Below are positions 53,557-64,000 of a DNA stretch of 64,000 nucleotides, piece by piece. The position numbers and the translations under genes are program-made. Below the pieces are notes generated by a model, which was not told the origin of the DNA, did no database searches, and saw only the letters and a list, made by a program, of their open reading frames with translations. Position 1 is the stretch's first letter. Each line of letters begins with the position of its first letter. Source of the stretch: Paramecium tetraurelia. Its lineage: Eukaryota. Where the stretch lies: assembly GCA_000165425.1 (NCBI GenBank), contig CT868041.1, positions 434,001-498,000 of the forward strand. Reading direction: 5' to 3'.

Positions 53557-54759
53557 ATGATAATAATAATCTTATTGGTCATCATAAGCGAGTTTCAGCT
53601 TTGCTAATCAAAGATTTTTGAAATTAAGGAATAGAATGGTAAACTCAAAATTGGAACTATAAATGGATTCGAATTCGAGTTATTCTTAAGTTTAGAATCT
53701 CAAATTAGCAAATTGAATTCAATTTAAATCTCAAAATGCACTTAAAATTGTAACGATTGTGCTAAGCGCCAGTGTTATTTAGGTAATAAAGAACTTGATC
53801 ATTCTGAAATTAAATTATATGATTTGGACACTCAGTAAATGGTTTTTTAACCTTTAACATATTTTAACGACTAAAATCAAAGTCTTTCCATCTCTACAGT
53901 ATCTTTGTCAAATCCTGGGCAATATATAAATTCTTTTGTGGATGAAGGGTTTTAATTATGTTAAAGTAATACAGATAAAACATTAGAAACGTCATTTTAA
54001 ATGAAATTGAAAGACATCCCTAAATAAAAAGTAATAGTGTCGCCAATTCTACAATTAAATTCCTATAATTATGTGTAAATTAATTACTTGAAGTTTGGAG
54101 ATACTTAGATTGATATATCATCTTGCCGAGTTCTTTTTAAATTTGGACCAGAGCAAGATATGAATACCAATACTTCTGATCATTATAATTTGTCTAAAGC
54201 TCAATAGAAATTAACGAATATATTTGAAAATTCCGATATTAATCATTTCCCGCTTTGGCTTTTTAACATTATATATGAATAGTTTTAGGAAGCAGGATTT
54301 AGTTATATTGATGAGAATAATAGAATTAAATTAGTCAAAAGATAATTAAACGAAAGTACTAATGTTAAGTTAGATTTAAAATATGATTTTAAGTTTTTCA
54401 ATAAAGAAAATGAAGAATATCCAATTACTTATTCCTCAAATCAATATTTAGAAGAGATAAGCGAGGGGGAGCAATGGGTTAAGATTGCTATATCAAACAA
54501 ATCTAACTCAATAATTCTGGGGTCATCTTTCTTTCAGAATAAGAAAATGTCATTCAATTTTAAAAAAAACTATATTACTATTTAGAATTAGTTTGATGAG
54601 AAATGCTTTTAATATGAAAAATCTACACTTTATTAGCAAGAAATACTTGTAATATGGATATCAATTCCATTGATAATTTTACTGACATTATTTTATTTTA
54701 AATATTAAATTAATGAAGAAATTTCTTAGTTTAAAGTAGAAGATAATAAGGAAATATGA
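53557..54759 (+). CDS. Pepsin-fold (A1) aspartic-protease-like membrane protein, catalytic motifs apparently absent
   Basis: Signal peptide, Cys cluster (C-x3-C-x2-C), FQLC, YNYVQINYLKFG, SIILGSSFFQNKKMSFNFKKNYITI, C-terminal TM; no DTG/DSG seen. Confidence 0.6.
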
Positions 54760-54844
54760 AATTTTTTCAAGGGTTTAAATTATTTTAACTTTTGATTTAT
54801 TTAAAAATAAAAAATAGATTATTTATAATTTATTTCAAGGTATC

Positions 54845-55652
54845 ATAGGATATAATCTTGTTTTAAAAAATTATGTTTATGTTTATGTTTTTATTATCCT
54901 CCTTTCGTAACTGAAATTTCTTCAAGAATATAAGGTCCTTCGACTAATTCAAAATCACCTTTGGCATTATTGACATTAAATAGTAAAGTATAGTTAGTTA
55001 TGGTTGACTTGTAATATATTGTTGAAAATGCTGGCAGTGGGGATCAAACCCTTTTTATATGCTGATCCATACATCGGTTTTTTGGAAGACAGACATAATC
55101 TTTAGGTATCAATAATAGATGTTTCCTGTTACATTTATCTTTAGTTTAAATCACTTAATTTTAATTTCCAGCAACAAATTATTTATTGTTTTTTATTCAA
55201 ATTCAAATTCAAGAAGTATATACCTTTGAGTTTGAAGAAATCATTCTATTAGTAATGATAATCGAGCTATTAATAGAGATTCAGTACAATAGTGGTGAAA
55301 TCTTTAAATTTAACATTCAAAATATAATAAAACTGTCTGCATTCAAATTTTCATTCAAACTCAAATAGATGAATGAATTTATGATAGTTGTATAGAGTGT
55401 AGATTCTATTTCACTATTGGTAGTGTATTTGAATGACTTATTACACAGATTAGAATAAGAGTCAATAAACCGGTAGATGATAATGGTATCTATACATAAC
55501 ACCTATTATACCCAAGTAGGTAGAGTGTAATGGAGAGTGTTGATTATAAATAGAGATATTTATAGTAATGATTTAGTTGATAGCTATTTTGAGTGTAAAT
55601 TGGGATGAACAATAGGTTGATAAAATTAAAACAATCTAAGGATCAGTTCCAT
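54845..55652 (-). pseudogene. Possible decayed gene fragment
   Basis: Coding-like stretches (e.g. KSTITNYTLLFNVNNAKGDFELVEGPYILEE) interrupted by TGA; no clean spliced ORF found. Confidence 0.25.
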
Positions 55653-55786
55653 TTATTTTGAGTAATGATGCAATTATAATATGAAAGATATTAAATAAAT
55701 TAAAGTGAAAATTGATATAACATTCAAATAAGATAAAAGTGTACGCTAGGGATCTAAATTAATTAGTTATAATAAATTATATTAAT

Positions 55787-57127
55787 ATGGGTTCATGCAA
55801 TTAATGCGTGTAGAGACAAGAACCTTTGTAATAAGTAACAATATAGAACAATACTGTGAATTTATTGCAGCACAATCATTAAATGGTGATAAAAATTTAG
55901 ACAGCGTATCGTGCATACATTTGTCGATAGCAATTTAAGTAAGAGTATCAGAATGAGGACTAGACAAGAATTGGCGAAGAGAAGATCAATGAATCAAAAG
56001 AGAAGTAATTCCACTGATGACTGTTTAATCGAATATCGCACAATCTCTTATTCTCCAAGAGTAGATCCTCAAGAGACTCGAAATGTGTTGCCGATGATTG
56101 ACACTCATATCAAAAGGAAGAGTCTATCTCATTTTGGAAGGGAGTATAGTGCAAAATTATAGCCAAAGGAATCTGATTCCTTGGACGATGGTCAATCCGA
56201 GTAAGTTGAGCAGACACCATTGTAATAGAGTGCTTCTCCTCTAGTCAAATCTCTACGATCCTCGATGAACTAATCCAAGAAAATGCAATCGTTCAGATTT
56301 CGATGTGTGTTGACTCACGATATTTTGGAACCTCGGGATAAGATTAAAATATAAACAAAAAATACAAGAGTCAAGTTGGATGCCATCAAGTTAGTGGGGG
56401 GAAACATCTACATCGGGGAATGGCTAGATTAGATGCCTGATGGCAAAGGAAAATATACTTTCTCTGATTAATCCTTTTATTAGGGTGAATTCAGTAAAGG
56501 TTGTTTGCATGGTCGAGGGGAGTTTAAGAGCAAGGAGGGTAATACGTATAGAGGACAATGGCATAACAATAGAATGCAGGGTTAGGGGAGTTACATATAT
56601 AATAATGGTTGTAAATATGAGGGTATTTTTCATTGTTGACCTTTAGGCAATTGGGAGAGAGATGTACCCAATGGAGAAGGAATGGAATGGTATGTCAATG
56701 GATCAGTTTATGTGGGGAACTTTTTAAATGGAGAAAAACACGGATTTGGAAAAATCACATTCATCACTGGTGAAATCTATGAAGGGGAATTTGAGTTTGA
56801 TGATTTTAATGGCAGAGGAATTTATGTAATTTTGACAGTAGATTTATCTAGAGATGGCAAGATGGTAGAGTTTATGATGGGAATTGGGTTGATGGCAAAA
56901 TGAATGGAAAGGGTAAATTGACATGGCCAGATGGTAGATATTATGAAGGTGAATATATAAATGATCAAAAAAATGGTTATGGAATTTTCCAATTTGCAGA
57001 TGGTCGCAAATATGTTGGATTATGGAAGCAAGGACTCCAACATGGATAAGGTGAATTTCATAAAGGTCATGGACAAGATCCAACCAGAGGCATATGGTAA
57101 CAGGGAAAACTTGTTAAACTTCTATGA
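55787..57127 (+). CDS. IQ-motif + MORN-repeat protein
   Basis: MGSCNQC start, [16 protein letters not shown] (IQ), intron ~55938-55962, then about 10 YxGxWxxGxxxGxG MORN repeats. Confidence 0.93.
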
Positions 57128-57539
57128 TCTTAACTGCTATAAATTTTTCTTCTTTTTATTATATTGAGAATCTTAATATGTATTACATCACTTAATAACT
57201 CTTTACTTATTTCCTTTATTTATGTTTATTTCAATAATCATAATTTAATTCTACTTAATTACTGATAGAATGGTAGAAATATGATTACCAAAATACTCTG
57301 TTGGAGTTAAGTTGAGAACTTGCCTTCATGTCCTTTTATTGAGGAATTGTTATTGGAATTCAGAATTTAATTGAATGTGAAAGTCATAATATATTATTAT
57401 TATTAATATACAATTTAAGAGTTAAATCGATTATATGAAGAACTTTGAAACCATGAAAAAATTTATATATTATTATAATCATGTTAATAATTTTCCCAAA
57501 TTGATTTCATGAGTGTTCCAAATATTACCTAGTTTATTA

Positions 57540-58201
57540 ATGTAACTCTAAGACGAGACTTCCAACATCATTATACAAATCCAAGAAGAATGCAAAATTG
57601 TTATTGATCTCACTCAATTAAGGAGAGAGCATTACAATGTTTTATCGAAGCAAAAAAAGGATCAAGCTGTATAAATGCTAGGGCCAAACCCTTAGTTTGA
57701 TGATTTTAAAAGGGTGAGTTTGGAAATGGGAACAACAATAAAAAATCTTAAAAGATGGTTGCAAAGTGGTACAGAAAGAAAAAAGGGCTGCGGTAGAAAA
57801 AAGCTGAATCCCTATGCTGAGAAGCAGTTGATTGAATGGGTTATAGAGAGAGTTCAATAAACAGGCAAAAAAATATCAAGACAGGAATTGAGAGGTAAGG
57901 CGTTAGAGTTATTCAAAAATCAGCATTTTTGTGCATCCAAAGGATTTCTAGATAAATTTGTTAAGTCCTATCAATTAAAGCATAGGATGAAAGAGTATTT
58001 ATTTCTAATAAGTATAGAATATTGCAAAGTATTGGAAAATTAAACAACAAGAATTCCTCCTCCAAAAAGTAAAAATAGATTTCTACCAAAATCGAAGAAG
58101 AATTATAAGCAGAAACTGTTAAAAAAGAAGAAATAGATATCAAAATAGAAAATCTTACCATTGAACCTAATAAAAGCTGTTCAGCATTTTAAATTTAATG
58201 A
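57540..58201 (+). CDS. Tandem HTH (psq-like + CENP-B/Tc5-type) DNA-binding protein without transposase domain
   Basis: ...RVSLEMGTTIKNLKRW...RKKGCGRKKLNPYAEKQLIEWV...ISRQELRGKALEL...FCASKGFLDKFVK; stop soon after. Confidence 0.85.
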
Positions 58202-58226
58202 ATTTGTTTTATATTTAAATAATATC

Positions 58227-59766
58227 TCATTTCTATTTTTGCTATGTTTTTGTATACACTTCTTTTAGTTATTTGAAAAAATCAGTTGTCTCATACTTCT
58301 TTAAAATTAATCCAGGAATTTCGGATTGCAAAAAGTCAGTAAACTTTACCTCAGGAATGTCTGAATTTAACGATTTACTAGACAATCTAATTCAACATAA
58401 ATACTTTAAAAGTGTTAAAGCAACCCCTAGATCTTCCATTCTTCCAGTTCTCCCAACTCTTTGATTATACCTTCTAAGATCAAATTCACCATCAGGCTTG
58501 ACTCTAGGAGCTCCATAATTAATGACCAATCTGACCTTTCTAAAGTTCATTCCTCTACCCATCAAATCTGAACAGAACATTATTTTGTAGACACTATAAA
58601 TATATTTATATATAAATGTTACCCATTCTTAAAATCATCAACTATTTTTTGTTAAGCTTTCCTCATTTCTTCAGCACCACCATAATCCTAGATATTGTCT
58701 TAAATTATCTCACATAGACAATTTCCTTCAACCAGAAACTTTAGTTAAGGGTCATTCATGAGTAATTATTTTGTTTCATGACATTTTGATTTGGCATTGA
58801 AAAATATCATAATTTATGCTTCTGCAAATGTTGTAAACGTATCCTTGATAACAGAAACCATTTTTTTCAACATATCCTCTTCTCTATCAGTAGAACCATC
58901 ATAATAGTGATATATGTTATCGAGAGTGATTTGAAAATCGAAGTATTTAAATTTAAAGAACTCTTCGTCACCCTGCTTCTTCTCTCCTAATGATTTGATG
59001 AATAGGGATTTTAATTCATTAACCTCCATAGTTGCACCACAAGATATGATTTTCCATCTCAAATTGTTAGATTCCAAAAATTTAGAGATTATTTAGATTA
59101 CCTTCTGACTCTTATCATTCAATATTGTGTTGTCTGCTTCATCAACCACAATGAATCTCACATTTTTCAGGTTGATTGTTTTTTTTTGTATGAGTTTTAG
59201 AATTGTTTATGGGACTCCACAAATAACATGGCCCATTATTATACTTTCATCCTGACCTTTATCAAAATGTTGGACTTTCTAGAATATTCACAATTTATAC
59301 AAATCCCTATTTCAACAAGATGTCCGGAGTCGCGCCTATAAAGTCTTTTTAGATTTAAGCTAAGAGAGCATGAGTTGCAACCAAAATAATGGCATATGGA
59401 TAATATTGAACAGGCCCATCCTATTGTGCCTAGTAATATTATTGTATATAATCTTAATCGAAGAAAAATATTATTGGCAATATGAAAGCTAGTGTTTTGC
59501 CTGTACCTGTGGGTGATTTGATATACACAAATCTTTCCTCTGTTTTCTCTTGCAAAAGAAAGGGTAACACCATTTTTTAAATGGGAGCTGGCTTTAAATA
59601 GTCTAAGATGGAATTTAAGATGATAATTACTTCCGCTTTTGAGTTTGTCCCTCAATTCCTTAGTGAACTGTTTCTATTGATTTGGAGCCAATTTGATGAG
59701 CAAATTGGACAAATCAAGCCAAGAGTTGACTTAATCGACATATTCCAGGTTGTCAATTTATTGCAT
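58227..59766 (-). CDS. Divergent DEAD-box RNA helicase (DDX19/Dbp5-like)
   Basis: Q motif YLKPAPIQ, SPTGTGKT, VVDEAD, IIFFNAK, SDLMGRGMNF, LVINYG, QRVGRTGR. Confidence 0.88.
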
Positions 59767-59793
59767 CAATATTATAATATAATTATGATAAAA

Positions 59794-61689
59794 TCAATCA
59801 GTAACAGTGGCAAAGGTCCTATATCTGTGAACATCTGTCAAGTTGCGACTATGTCTGGCCATACTTTATCGTTTGAATTTATCAGCTAACTTCACTTTTT
59901 CACTATCATTTTTGATTTATTCAATTTATTATTTGAGATTGAGAATCCTTTTCGGTGGAGTGGCAGGTTTCAATTATATCTGAACTTATTATTAGGGCAA
60001 TCTTTCTGTTTGCGATTCATATTAACTCATTTCCAATGCCTTTGATTGATTGAGCTCAATAATTAAGAGATCACACTTAACAAATCCTGTCTAGTTAACA
60101 CCTCCAAAGATAAATAGCTTCTCTTCGATGACAGAAGCTGAATGACTGCATCTTCCTGGTGAAGGGTGTCCTCTGATATCGACATTGCTCCAAGATAAAT
60201 TCCGAATCTCCAAGACATGTAAATCATTCAAAAATCCTTGAGTGTTTATGTCATCATTTTTGCCACCATAGATAACAATTTATTACGATAATTCTACATA
60301 TGTCATCGAATGTTGGCATCTACTAATTGGACCCCTGCCTTTTGGTTGCACTTCCTCAATGAATATTGGTCTTCTTCTCACATCTATCCTTATCAGTTTG
60401 TCCAAGTAATATCCATTAGAGTCCAGTCCTCCAAAGATATAAATGCCTTAATTTTCAAAAGTAATATCAGGATCATGCTTATAAAGATCAATGGATTTAT
60501 GTTCTAAAGCGCAACAGGATTTGTGGAATGCAACACCATCTTAAAATACAGGAATATTAATTTCTACGTTTTACCATCTCTATGTTAAAATGTCATAGGC
60601 AAGGAAGTCATTCAAATAATGACCTTTCGAGTCTATGCCCCCTTAAACTACAAGATATCTCCCTATACTTTCTGCAATATGTGCCTTTCTTGGAGAAGCT
60701 ATGCCAGCATGTTGTACAACTTTCATCTCAAAATTTACCAAATTAATATGAATGACTTCATTTGTGACTTCGCAATGAATTCTATCTTCGTTTTTGTGTG
60801 GAAATAAAACACCACCGAAAATGATCATTTAACTTTTATATACATTGGCTGTATGATAAGATCTGCATTATATTTATTGCTTTAATTTTATCATCATCCA
60901 TTTATATAATTCTAAAATAACTATAATTATACATTTGTCTAAACTTGCTTAACATAGGTCACTCATGTGTCCAGCTCCAGATCCACCAAAAAGATAAAGC
61001 TTTTCATTATAGTTTACCATGGCACCACTTTCCCTAGATGATGGGTTCCAACCATTGTTTTAATTATTGTAAATATAAACGACAATTTTCTTGACTTCAT
61101 TAAATAATCGAGATTTTGTAAGTTCAATTTATTATTAAATAAATTCCGTTTCTTAACGTACCAGTTCCTGACAACATCCCATCTATAATTATCTCTTAAT
61201 CTGTTATTAACGAAATTGATCCTTGGTTGAGATAGATGGATATGATTTTACACCTTAAGTTTCAAGATGTATTTTTTGATATTCCTTATTTATTCCATCT
61301 AATTGCAACTTCAATTGAATTTCATTTTATTTCCTTATCCTATAATAGGCATCTCTATTATGCTACAATTCCATCTTCTTTGAATTGTTTTTTTTTTGTA
61401 TAGGACTTGCTGCAAATAAAGCTCTACTAAAATTATTCCACATAATCTTAGATTGATGAAGAGATCTCTCTAACTCATCTATAGCATCCTAGTTAAGTTG
61501 TTTGAATGGAATGAAATGAGTATTCTCGCACTCAGGATGCTATTGAAGTAATTCTTATCCAGCATCTTAAACAATCTATTGAAACTATTCAAGAGGAAGA
61601 GGACTCATAATCGCCTTCTTCTATTTGTACTTCTCCAGAATATCAACTATATTGAGACCATTTTTAGGAGATGATTCTAAACTACTCAT
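59794..61689 (-). CDS. Kelch-repeat protein with N-terminal coiled-coil extension
   Basis: PSSRESG...LYLFGG, MIIFGG, PRKAHIA...LVVQGG, LYIFGG, PRCQHS...IVIYGG, PGRCSHS...LFIFGG. Confidence 0.88.
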
Positions 61690-61705
61690 TTTTTTATAAT
61701 TAATA

Positions 61706-63058
61706 TCATTTTTTCTTCTCCTACTATTATTATCCAACATTTAGATCCCTTAATACAACTACCTGATTCGTGGCTCTGTTGTATTCCCAACCTCCAAAAA
61801 TCAAAATGTGTGGACCTATGGATGTGGCTGTATGACCATATCTATTCCTGGGAGCATTGCCTTCATACTTGGCTTTTTCCCAACACATCTTCTCCGTGTT
61901 CAATACAATCAAGTAATCAATATCTGGAGGAGTGGCAAAATTATTTTCACTAACAATACATAAATAGAGAACCTTCTAGCTCCTGAATTCAAAGACCACC
62001 CTCCAAACACTACGATATCAGCTCCACTCACATTGGCTGAATGTCCATATCTTGGAGCAGGGGGAGTTCCACTTACTCTTAACCTACTCCATGCAAAGTG
62101 TTCAGTATCGAGAATTCTAATATCATTTAAATAGCAGCCTCTTAGATGTGATCCATGTCTCGGATTGGCTGTCTTATGTAATGTCTTAAGAGTTTTATCC
62201 TCCTAATAATAGAAACCTCCTTGTATGATTAAATTGGCTCCCACCTATATAGCTGTGTGTCCTTAACGAGGAGTGGGAGAAGGCCCTGTGCAGGGTGGTT
62301 GAGACCAAGCCATAACTTCTAAGTCTAGGACATAAAGATCGTTAAAATAATCTATCCCATTCCACCCTCCGAATATTATCATTTTGGTTGAAGCGTACTA
62401 TGATTAATAAGACTAAAATACATACCAAAGTTGCAGAATGAGCAAACCTAGCACTTGGAGAACCAGAACCTTCAGGTCCTTAATACCAAGTTAATGTCAA
62501 TGGATCAAGTGCATGTAAATCTCTAAACACACATTTCTCTCCCTTTCCACCAAATATAATTATCCTTTGTCCTGCCAAAACTGCAGAATGAGCATATCTA
62601 GGAGCAGGCGGAGTACCTTAAACTTTGGCTTTAAACCATCTGTTTGCATTCACATCCATCTGATATGTGTCATTTAAGTATTTATATCCTTCATCTTTAT
62701 TGGCATAATAATGTCCTCCAAACAATATAATCGAAGCTCCGCTCAGAGTTGCTGAATGACCACCTCGAGCACATGGAGGAACTCCCTCTATCAAAGGTTC
62801 TGCCCATTGCCATTTTCTTTAATCAAATGGTTAATATTTGAAGCCTCCTTATTATAAAATGTTACTTTATTATTCATCCTATTGTTCCTCTGGTTGATAT
62901 TCCTAATACTCTTCTTACGGTTACATATCTTGGTCTTCATCATCATAATATTGTTATCCTCCCATGTCATCTTAGCCATCCCCTTAGTCCTAATCTTCAT
63001 CATATTGTTCTATATTATTTTCAGAGTATTCTGAGTCACCTCCCAATACTTAATACAT
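61706..63058 (-). CDS. Kelch-repeat protein with acidic N-terminus
   Basis: [84 protein letters not shown]. Confidence 0.93.
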
Positions 63059-63091
63059 TATTAAATTTAAATTATTATATAATAATTTTCC

Positions 63092-64000
63092 TCACAAAAA
63101 TAATTCTTCTTCTCTTTTTATCAAATTGCTTGTAAGATCAATCAGATTAAGAACCTTATTTACATTGTCTCCCCACTCTTATAAAACATCATTTTCGTTC
63201 TTTTTTAACTAGTATTCAACTATACCCAAGATTCTATCGATTTTACATTTTAATAACTACTTTCAATATTATTTCAATACCTTTTTAATCCATCATCAAA
63301 CAAATTTCTTCTTCTAACTCTTAAGTACTAATGCCAATTAACTCTGTTATTCTATTCAAGTAAACTGAATCATAGTAGATCTAAAATATCCTCAAATTGT
63401 GATGAATCAATTATCTCCTAAAGTCTATAAGTATTATATAATGCAATACCAACGTATCTTTGTTAATTGTTTTCAATGTTCTCATCAAAAATTTCAGCAG
63501 CTTAAATATTGTGACTCTATGGTGAAGTGCTAATCAATTCTGTTCCCAAAAAGGCTTAAATTAATTGTTACAAATTAGGCAATGCCTCAAGACCATATTT
63601 ATAAGTGGAAACAATGGATTGCAATTATTTTTACTAAAAAATCTATTGATTTAATACCTTCTCCTCAGAGTATTAACTCAATATCGAATACATCGCATAG
63701 TTTTCTAAGATTGTATTGTAATCAATTCTAAAATTGAAGTCTACTTTGGTTGCTTCCAATTATCTATTTTTATGCAATGATTCAAGTATTTTTGAATAGG
63801 CATGAGCAGTCTCTTTGTAATTATTCTCATGTCTATAATAGATAACTAAGAATGAGTAATAAATAATCTTAAGATCTGCAATATTATCGTCTTCGATATT
63901 TTTAGGTTCAATCTTTTTTGAGATAATGAATAACCTAACATAATCCAATTTCTTAATCATAATTTTCATTTGATAGAGGATGAATTCTAATTTTTCTCTC
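63092..64000 (-). CDS. PSMD12: 26S proteasome lid subunit RPN5/PSMD12 (3' part; 5' end outside window)
   Basis: KLDYVRLFIISKKI...LKIIYY...HENNY; PCI region ...RITELI...CKIDRILGIV...VLQEWGDNVNKVLNLIDLTSNLIKREE. Confidence 0.88.

Noticed and set aside
74..55810. Many genes begin with MG(x)C/N acylation motifs
   Set aside because: This is common for ciliate signalling proteins, and the genes are dispersed through the window, so it is not evidence of a cluster.
57400..58230. Intact pogo/Tc1 transposon
   Set aside because: There is no DDE catalytic domain and I saw no terminal inverted repeats.
59239..59655. 138-aa ORF-track protein
   Set aside because: It is an off-frame reading inside the DEAD-box helicase gene.
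59794..63058. Recent tandem duplication of the two kelch genes
   Set aside because: They share only generic kelch motifs and have unrelated N-termini; I saw no nucleotide-level similarity.
1..64000. A prokaryote-style multi-gene system (operon, defence island, CRISPR)
   Set aside because: The sequence is eukaryotic with introns, neighbouring genes are functionally unrelated, and I saw no direct-repeat/spacer array.
1..64000. Telomeric repeats, rRNA/tRNA genes, retained IES
   Set aside because: I recognised no C4A2/C3A3 tracts or structured-RNA signatures. IES cannot be called without germline/somatic comparison.

Overview
This window is AT-rich, gene-dense eukaryotic DNA, almost certainly the macronuclear genome of a Paramecium (aurelia-type) ciliate. 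TAA/TAG encode Gln (code 6, TGA the only stop) and genes are split by ~20-30 nt GT...AG introns, so the supplied standard-code ORF track shows only fragments. Re-reading by eye with code 6 gives about 35 protein genes. They include an AGC kinase, Elongin C, a PB1 protein, GH38 alpha-mannosidase, CBP80/NCBP1, a zf-4CXXC_R1 (CDCA7-type) zinc-finger protein, LRR and cNMP-domain proteins, an MGRN1-like RING ligase and a secreted protein with four lectin-like repeats. Also present are a 7TM protein, a 2TM large-ectodomain protein, an FHA/SAM/PP2C phosphatase, a PLGRKT homologue, an ~1800-aa orphan, a twin-Cys mitochondrial protein, CDPK, TLDc and SERINC proteins, a ULK-like kinase, a pepsin-like pseudo-protease, a MORN protein, a CENP-B-type HTH protein, a divergent DEAD-box helicase, two kelch proteins and the 3' part of RPN5. 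I found no rRNA, tRNA, CRISPR array, intact transposon or operon-like system. The most interesting items are individual proteins with unusual architecture or altered catalytic/binding motifs. All family calls are by-eye motif recognition, not database searches, and gene boundaries are manual.
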